Translations under genes and position numbers: made by a program | The notes under the pieces: generated by a model | Told to the model about the DNA's origin: nothing | The model's database searches: none | The model's input: the letters and a program-made list of their open reading frames with translations, nothing else | In this document: piece after piece, positions 57,770-64,000 of the stretch | Numbering within the stretch: the stretch's first letter is position 1 | How the letters are laid out: each line of letters opens with the position of its first letter | Assembly: GCA_041649475.1 (NCBI GenBank) | Contig: JBAZNA010000001.1 | Coordinates: forward strand, 264,612-328,611 | DNA: 64,000 nt | Origin: Patescibacteria group bacterium | GTDB taxonomy: Bacteria > Patescibacteriota > Patescibacteriia > Magasanikbacterales > GWA2-37-8 | Reading direction: 5' to 3'

Positions 57770-60700
57770 ATGTATCTAAAACGTTTGGAAATAAGGGGGT
57801 TCAAATCCTTTGCCGAAAAGACGGTTTTGGAATTTTTGCCGTATAAGAATAATAGGAATAGCGTTACTGTTATTGTCGGTCCGAACGGCTCCGGCAAATC
57901 AAATATTTCCGACGCGGTGAGATGGGTGATGGGCGAACAAAGCTTGAAAAATTTGCGGGGAAAGAAAAATGAGGACGTAATTTTTAGCGGTTCCGAGACC
58001 AAAGGCCAGCTCGGCGCGGCCGAAGTGACCATGACTTTGGATAACGGCGACGGCCGGCTGCTTTCAGATTATCCGGAAATCATCATTACCCGCCGTTTGT
58101 ACCGGTCCGGCGAAGCCGAATATCTGGTCAATAATAATGCGGCGCGTTTGATAGACATTCATCTGCTTTTGGCCAAAGCCCAGTTTGCCCAGCATTCATA
58201 CAGCGTGGTTGGCCAGGGTATGATTGATAAACTGCTCACGGTCGGGCCGGTGGAAAGAAAAGATTTTTTGGATGAGGCGTCCGGTATAAAAGAATTTCAA
58301 ATCAAACAGCACCAGGCCGAACTCAAGCTGACGCGCACGACCGAAAATGTGGCGCAGGCGGAGCGGCTGATGCAGGAGGTTGAACCGCGTTTGAAAATTT
58401 TATCCAAACAGGTTAAAAAATTGGAAAAACGGCAGGAGGTGGAACTGAAACTGCGCGAGATGCAGGAGAAATATTATGCTTCAATATATTTGACCAATAA
58501 AAACGAGCTGGACGGCTTGGTTGAAAAATTAAATCTGGTTGAAAATTCATACCGCGGCGCTTTTAAGGAATTGGAGGATATTCAGAATGAATTGGCTGTT
58601 TTGGCCCGCGCTTCCGGCAGAGGGGACGCGTTTAATGAATTGCAATCCAAATTTCAGGTTTTAGCCAAAGAAAAAAATGATCTGGAACGCCAGCTGGCCA
58701 TAAAAGACGGGCAGACGCACGCGCAATATAACGCGGCCGGAAAACAAAATGTCAGTTGGACGCAAAATAAGATTGCCGAATTAAAACTTCAGCACGATTC
58801 TTTATCCGGGCAGATGGCGGCCACGGCAACGGAAATAAACGATGCCAATCGCTTGGTTCTGGAGCAGAAAAATTTGCTGGATCAGATTACCAAAGAAAAA
58901 ACTGAAAAGCAAATAAAAATTTCGGATTTGGAAAGACAGGTAATGCAGGATCAATCAGAACAGCACTACCGGCAGTTTACCGGACTTCTCGCCGTGCAGG
59001 CGGTTTTGGAAAACAAGGATAAATTCGGCAAGGTTTACGGATTAATTTCCGAGCTGGGTGACAGTGAAGAAAAATTTCGCACCGCCCTTGAGGCCGCGGC
59101 CGGATCATATTTGTCGGCAATCGTGGTTGAAAGCGATGACGTGGCCGGACGCGCAATAGAATTTTTGCATACAAACCGGTTGGGGGTTGCGACTTTTTTA
59201 CCTTTAAATAAAATAGTGCCGAAGGGTAGTGAAAATATTCATAATCTTTTGTCCCAACCGGGCGTCTGCGGGCTGGCTTCGGAATTAATAAGATTTGAAC
59301 CCAAACTTAGCAATATTTTTTCTTTTGTTTTTGGCCAGACCATCGTGGTGGAAGATTTGGCGGCGGCCAAACGTATCGGCATCGGTTCGGCGCGGATGGT
59401 AACGCTTTCCGGCGATGTGATTGAGAAAACCGGCGTGATGAAAGGCGGTTATCGCCAGGCCAAAAAAGCCGGACTGGGATTTTCCAGAAAATTATTATTA
59501 AGCCCGGATAAGTTTATTGAGTATCAATCGCAGATCAACGCCGGCCGTGAAGAGATTGCCGGATTGGAGACGAAATACGAAAAAGCCAAGACCCAGCTTT
59601 TTGTTTTTGAAACCAAGAGCCAGTCGGCCCATGCCAAATTTGAGGTCTTAAATTCGGAATTGAAAAATCTCGCGCAAGAAGTGGCCGGACTGGAACAGGA
59701 ATTATCGCTGTTTAATGCCGATCCCAAACAATATGATAAGATATTGGCGCAGCTCTTGGTTGAGAAAGACGCGCTGTCAGTGCAAATAAAAGCCAAGGAA
59801 GACACCTTAAATAAATTATCTGAAAAAATAGACAATTTTAATAAAGAGGAAGAAGACAAGAAGCAGAGAGTTTTTGCTTTGCAGGATCAAATGCAAAAAA
59901 AGCAGAACAAACTAAATGAAATTTTATCGGCGCGCAATGATTTGAAAATTGAAATTGCCAAACTGGAGACCAAACAGGATGCCATCGGCGAAGAAGTGCG
60001 CGCGGAAATGAATGCGGCGATTGAAGCAGTGGTGGAGAGAAAGCCGCCGACAGTTGAAGCGGAAAAAATTATTGAGACGGCCAATGAAATTCAAAAATTA
60101 AAATATCAATTGAGTTTGATCGGTGGAATTGACGCGGAAGTTGTGGAGGAGCATCAGCAGACCAAAGAAAAGTATGATTTTTTATCCGGCCAGATTGAGG
60201 ATTTGCACAGTGCCATGACAGATTTGGATAAAATGATTGTGGAACTGGATGAGGTCATGAAAAAGAAGCGGGCCGCGGCTTTTAAAAAAATCAGAAAAGA
60301 ATTTGATCGCTATGTGAAAATACTGTTCGGCGGCGGCAACGCGGATATGACTGAAATTTACGGTGAGCCGGAAAGCGAGGCAGATGAAGATTTGGCCGGC
60401 GCCGAAGGCGAGCTCCCAGAAGAAAAAGTTGTGAGCAAACGAAAAGAAAAAATATTAACCGGTATAGATATTTCCATAAACCCGCCGGGCAAAAAAATAA
60501 AACATATCAATACGCTTTCCGGCGGCGAACGCACCCTGGCCTCAATTGCTTTGATCTGTGCGGTCTTAAATTACAATCCGTCTCCGTTTGTGGTTCTAGA
60601 CGAAGTTGAAGCGGCGTTAGATGAGACCAATACCAGGCGTTTTGTCCAGATTTTATCCGAACTGTCCGAGCATTCTCAATTTATTATCATCACCCATAAC

Positions 60701-60835
60701 CGGGTGACCATGCACAGCGCCGATGCCCTTTATGGCGTGGTTATGGGTGGGGATGGCATATCTAAGTTACTTAGCGTAAAAATGGAAGAGGTAGGGGTCG
60801 CCCGAGGCGACCAAAGTATTGACAAAGCGGTTTAG
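57770..60835 (+). CDS. smc: Chromosome segregation protein SMC
   Basis: GFKSF, GPNGSGKSN, coiled coils, hinge (G.ATFLPL, VTLSGD..GVM.GG), LSGGE, LDEVEAALD. Confidence 0.96.
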   Translation: MYLKRLEIRGFKSFAEKTVLEFLPYKNNRNSVTVIVGPNGSGKSNISDAVRWVMGEQSLKNLRGKKNEDVIFSGSETKGQLGAAEVTMTLDNGDGRLLSDYPEIIITRRLYRSGEAEYLVNNNAARLIDIHLLLAKAQFAQHSYSVVGQGMIDKLLTVGPVERKDFLDEASGIKEFQIKQHQAELKLTRTTENVAQAERLMQEVEPRLKILSKQVKKLEKRQEVELKLREMQEKYYASIYLTNKNELDGLVEKLNLVENSYRGAFKELEDIQNELAVLARASGRGDAFNELQSKFQVLAKEKNDLERQLAIKDGQTHAQYNAAGKQNVSWTQNKIAELKLQHDSLSGQMAATATEINDANRLVLEQKNLLDQITKEKTEKQIKISDLERQVMQDQSEQHYRQFTGLLAVQAVLENKDKFGKVYGLISELGDSEEKFRTALEAAAGSYLSAIVVESDDVAGRAIEFLHTNRLGVATFLPLNKIVPKGSENIHNLLSQPGVCGLASELIRFEPKLSNIFSFVFGQTIVVEDLAAAKRIGIGSARMVTLSGDVIEKTGVMKGGYRQAKKAGLGFSRKLLLSPDKFIEYQSQINAGREEIAGLETKYEKAKTQLFVFETKSQSAHAKFEVLNSELKNLAQEVAGLEQELSLFNADPKQYDKILAQLLVEKDALSVQIKAKEDTLNKLSEKIDNFNKEEEDKKQRVFALQDQMQKKQNKLNEILSARNDLKIEIAKLETKQDAIGEEVRAEMNAAIEAVVERKPPTVEAEKIIETANEIQKLKYQLSLIGGIDAEVVEEHQQTKEKYDFLSGQIEDLHSAMTDLDKMIVELDEVMKKKRAAAFKKIRKEFDRYVKILFGGGNADMTEIYGEPESEADEDLAGAEGELPEEKVVSKRKEKILTGIDISINPPGKKIKHINTLSGGERTLASIALICAVLNYNPSPFVVLDEVEAALDETNTRRFVQILSELSEHSQFIIITHNRVTMHSADALYGVVMGGDGISKLLSVKMEEVGVARGDQSIDKAV

Positions 60836-60888
60836 ACGTAGTATATTAACCGCGCTCTCAAAACTGTCACAGGATTAAATAATATATT

Positions 60889-61356
60889 ATGTTAACTATC
60901 AGATTACAAAGATTGGGCAAGAAAAATTATCCGACCTATCGTTTTATAATTTCCGAAAAGACCCGCGATACCCAGGGCACGTTTTTAGAAACTCTAGGAA
61001 ATTTTGATCCGCATAAAAAAGAAACCGGATTGGTGCTGGATGCGGAGAGAGTTAAGTATTGGCTGGGCAAGGGCGCACAAACATCAAATACTGTCCATAA
61101 CATATTGATGAAAGCCGGAATTATAACCGACGGCAAGAAAATGAAATCGGTTTATATTTCCAAGACCCGCGCGGTTAAACTGGTTGAAAAGAAAAAAGTA
61201 GTAGCAGAGCCGAAGGCGGCCGCGGAACCGAAGATGGAAGTGAAACCGGAACCTGCAGCAGAAGTTCAACCGGAAGCGCCGGTCGCACCGGAAACTCCGG
61301 TAGTTCCGGAAACTCCGACCACACCAACTGAACCACAAACAGCAGAACCAAAATAG
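60889..61356 (+). CDS. rpsP: 30S ribosomal protein S16 with Pro/Glu-rich tail
   Basis: MLTIRLQR.GKK..P.YR, LG.FDP, YWL.KGAQ.S. Confidence 0.96.
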   Translation: MLTIRLQRLGKKNYPTYRFIISEKTRDTQGTFLETLGNFDPHKKETGLVLDAERVKYWLGKGAQTSNTVHNILMKAGIITDGKKMKSVYISKTRAVKLVEKKKVVAEPKAAAEPKMEVKPEPAAEVQPEAPVAPETPVVPETPTTPTEPQTAEPK

Positions 61357-61398
61357 GTCGATGGGCTGCTTTAAAAATTAAGATTTTGAAGATTGAAT

Positions 61399-61731
61399 AT
61401 GGAAGCTGATCAACAGTACGTGGAGACAATCGTGAAAGCGATTGTCAATCATCCTGAGGATGTGAAAACCACACGCATTATTGATGAGCGAGGAGTACTT
61501 ATCACCCTGGATATCAATCCGGCTGATATGGGTTATGTCATTGGCCGACAAGGCCAGACCGCCCGCTCCATCCGCACCCTGCTCAAGATTGTTGGCGCCA
61601 AGCACAATGCCCGCGTTAACCTGAAAATCAATGAGCCGGCCGGTGGCAGAGCCCCTCGCATGAATCACGATGATCATGATCATAGTCATGATGTGGTGGA
61701 CACAAGTGCAGTGGATAACCTGAACATCTAA
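61399..61731 (+). CDS. khpA: KH-domain RNA-binding protein
   Basis: IVNHPEDV, DMGYVIGRQGQTARSIRTL; follows rpsP. Confidence 0.9.
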   Translation: MEADQQYVETIVKAIVNHPEDVKTTRIIDERGVLITLDINPADMGYVIGRQGQTARSIRTLLKIVGAKHNARVNLKINEPAGGRAPRMNHDDHDHSHDVVDTSAVDNLNI

Positions 61732-61792
61732 AAGTTTCAAAATAAGATCGGCCGCCTAAAGCGGCCGGTTTTAATTTGTAAGATAATTTTTA

Positions 61793-61843
61793 TAAAAAAA
61801 TATGCGCTCCGTCTTTGTCTCGTGTGAGATTTGGACGAAGCGC
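61793..61843 (-). terminator. Bulged hairpin terminator of second Nudix cassette
   Basis: GCGCTTCGTC..GACGGAGCGC stem (one G-U on minus strand) followed by ATATTTTTTT. Confidence 0.7.
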
Positions 61844-61868
61844 GTGTCGTGCCTCCTTGTGGCTACTG

Positions 61869-62450
61869 CTAGACCCTGTGAGCGTAGGCCTTGATGGCTT
61901 TGGGGATGATCCCCGTGCGGTGCGGCTCCACGGTGTTTTCGGGCAACTGGTCCACCGGGTACCAGTCGTGCCTTTCGTCTTCGCGCGGAGAACCGTCGCA
62001 GTGGACGAGGTAGATCCTGGAGACGCCGGAGCCGCGGATCTCGCCTTTCTTCCAGTCCACGTATTCGCCGATGTACCGGAAGGAGATGATCGGAGTGCCA
62101 AACTCCCGCTCAAGGCGGTTGGCCACATCACGTTCGGTCTCGCCCGGCCGGAAGGCCGACCCGGGCGCATGCCACTCGAGCGGGTAGACCTCATCCGCCG
62201 CGCGCTTGCGCAGATAGATTTCGATCTTGGTGGTGGAGGGGTTGACCCGGAGTGCCACACCCTCAAAGAACATATTCCACGAGAGCCGGGCGATCGCGTT
62301 GTAGAGGTTGGTGCCGTAGGGCTTGTACGGATCGAGTCCGTTGAGCACATCCGCGGCGAATTCCCTGTATTCCTTGCTATCTGGGCCGAGACCCGCAAGC
62401 AGTTTGAGGGCTTCCTCAAGGATGCGCTTTGCATAACCCTTGTCCAACAT
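61869..62450 (-). CDS. GC-rich NUDIX-fold protein (degenerate box)
   Basis: IYLRKR....YP.EWHAPG...PGET..DVANRLEREFG; SD AAGGAGG; promoter TTGACA(62518-13)-17-TAAACT. Confidence 0.78.
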   Translation of the reverse strand: MLDKGYAKRILEEALKLLAGLGPDSKEYREFAADVLNGLDPYKPYGTNLYNAIARLSWNMFFEGVALRVNPSTTKIEIYLRKRAADEVYPLEWHAPGSAFRPGETERDVANRLEREFGTPIISFRYIGEYVDWKKGEIRGSGVSRIYLVHCDGSPREDERHDWYPVDQLPENTVEPHRTGIIPKAIKAYAHRV

Positions 62451-62574
62451 CGTGTCCTCCTTGTCCCTTTTCTGAATAGGGAACCGTATAGTTTAATACA
62501 AAATACTTGAGATGTCAAGAATACTTAGTTTAATCATAATTGATTTTTTTATCTAAAAAATATATACTTACTGC

Positions 62575-63231
62575 ATGAAATTTGATATACTCACAATTTT
62601 TCCGGAAGTGGTTGATTGCTATGGTCAAGCCAGTATTCTTGGCCGTGCCCAGAAAAAGAAATTGATAAAGGTGACTGCGCATAATTTTAGAGATTATACT
62701 TTGGATAAGCACGGTCACGTTGATGATCGACCGTTTGGCGGCGGGCCGGGCATGATTTTGCAAATCCAGCCAATTTATGATTGTTTAAAAAAAATTAAGG
62801 CGCGCAAAAAAACTAAGGGGCAGAAAATTATTATTTTAGATCCGGCCGGTAAAAAATTTGATCAAAAAATGGCAGAGAAATTCTCAAAGTTAAATAGATT
62901 AATTTTGATTGCCGGCAGGTATGAGGGTTTTGATGCCAGGATTTATAAACTGGCTGATGAGCGTGTGTCAGTGGGGGATTATGTTTTAGCCGGAGGGGAG
63001 CTGGCGGCGCTTACAGTGGTTGAGGCGGTGGCGAGATTAATTCCCGGAGTTTTAGGAAATGAAAATTCTTTAAAAGAAGAGACATTTAATAAGAGCGCGA
63101 AAGCGGAAATCCAAAAAGAATACCCTCAATACACCCGGCCGGAAAATTTTAAGGGACAGAAAGTGCCGAAGGTTTTACTTTCCGGTGATCATAAGAAGAT
63201 TGAAGATTGGCGAAAGAAAAATTCTATTTAA
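62575..63231 (+). CDS. trmD: tRNA (guanine-N1)-methyltransferase
   Basis: DDRPFGGGPGM, GRYEG.D.R, GDYVLAGGE, YPQYTRP, LLSGDH. Confidence 0.97.
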   Translation: MKFDILTIFPEVVDCYGQASILGRAQKKKLIKVTAHNFRDYTLDKHGHVDDRPFGGGPGMILQIQPIYDCLKKIKARKKTKGQKIIILDPAGKKFDQKMAEKFSKLNRLILIAGRYEGFDARIYKLADERVSVGDYVLAGGELAALTVVEAVARLIPGVLGNENSLKEETFNKSAKAEIQKEYPQYTRPENFKGQKVPKVLLSGDHKKIEDWRKKNSI

Positions 63232-63454
63232 CTTCCCAGACCTTTCCGCAGGTGCATCGATGACTTCCATTTTCTCCAAAAATTGTAATGTTGTGCTTAT
63301 GCTTTTCATCATCCGGAAAACTTAATTCATGCTCCCTTGCCTTTTGGGCGACTTCCGCCTGGTTTTCACAAAGTTCCGGTTGTTCCATATCTTTAACTTC
63401 TATTTTACCGGATTCCTCCAAAATTTCTTCAATTGGATTGCCTTCTTCACTCAT
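63224..63454 (-). CDS. Small acidic hypothetical protein with His/Cys motif
   Basis: Own promoter TTGACA-17-TACAAT upstream; HxH..HxCxC motif. Confidence 0.55.
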   Translation of the reverse strand: MSEEGNPIEEILEESGKIEVKDMEQPELCENQAEVAQKAREHELSFPDDEKHKHNITIFGENGSHRCTCGKVWEVK

Positions 63455-63567
63455 AATTATTGATTAGAAAATAATGGACTTATTGTATAGATTTTTAGCT
63501 ATTCTGTCAATTAAAATTTCATAATAATTTTATCCCCAAATCATCCCCAGGGCTAAAATTAGCCCTC

Positions 63568-63596
63568 TTGACAGTTTTTCCCTCTCATGATAGTAT
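63568..63596 (+). promoter_or_regulatory. rRNA promoter followed by structured leader
   Basis: TTGACA-17-TAGTAT with TG extension; downstream GAAA-capped hairpin and boxA-like GAACCTTGACAA. Confidence 0.7.
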
Positions 63597-63907
63597 TTTG
63601 AGTGCGCTAATGATTAACCTCAAACACCGCAAACAAAGCACCTCATACAATTCGTTAATCTTCTAAGTCCCGAAAGGGATACTGGAAAGAGAAAAGAGCA
63701 ACTCCAAATTGGGTTTCTCTTTTTTCTTTCTCGCAAAGGCCGCCTAGAGGTGGCACAAGAAAGAAAGTGAACCTTGACAACACAAACGTGACAAAGACCA
63801 TATTAAAGTCTATTCAAACCAAACGGTTAGGCGCGATTCGTCGCGCCGTACCAAACAGTAACAGTAATAAATCCAAACAAACTCGTTCATATGAACGAGA
63901 TCAACTC

Positions 63908-64000
63908 TTTTTTAAGAGTTTGATCCTAGCTCAGGATGAACGCTGGCGGCGTGTTTAAGGCATGCAAGTCGGGGGACGGCCTTGTAGCAATACGAGGTAC
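63908..64000 (+). rRNA. rrs: 16S rRNA, 5' end (truncated by window)
   Basis: AGAGTTTGATCCTAGCTCAGGATGAACGCTGGCGGCGTG..CATGCAAGTCG. Confidence 0.97.

Noticed and set aside
61790-62518. Alternative 242-aa (-) and 231-aa (+) ORFs over the Nudix gene
   Set aside because: GC-rich shadow frames without motifs or RBS
1-64000. CRISPR array, transposase, prophage, alternative genetic code
   Set aside because: No regularly spaced repeats or hallmark genes; conserved genes translate fully in code 11 and TGA serves as stop

Overview
This is a compact, AT-leaning bacterial housekeeping region with CPR/Patescibacteria (Parcubacteria-like) character. The lineage is inferred from short intergenic spacers, mostly Shine-Dalgarno(SD)-less starts, GAD-less AspRS, tandem gpmI, tRNAs without encoded CCA and a divergent 16S 5' end. 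It encodes translation genes (rplS, rplK, rplY, rpmE, rpsB, rpsP, tsf, prfA, prmC, aspS, tyrS, argS, queA, trmD), DNA genes (uvrA, gyrB, smc/scpAB, mutM), lower glycolysis (gap, pgk, eno, two gpmI) and cell-wall genes (mltG, rodA, PBP, murF, DD-peptidase). It also holds two tRNAs and the start of a 16S rRNA. Four things stand out. (1) Three scattered GC-rich single-gene cassettes (two Nudix, one methyltransferase) each have their own sigma70 promoter, strong SD and hairpin terminator, and they share short leader motifs. (2) A free-standing LAGLIDADG gene has its stop codon inside tRNA-Leu. (3) A ~250-nt promoter-driven structured ncRNA candidate lies between the VanW gene and clpP. (4) A tRNA-Ile carries a UAU anticodon and a non-canonical T-loop. 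All calls were made by eye; no searches were run.
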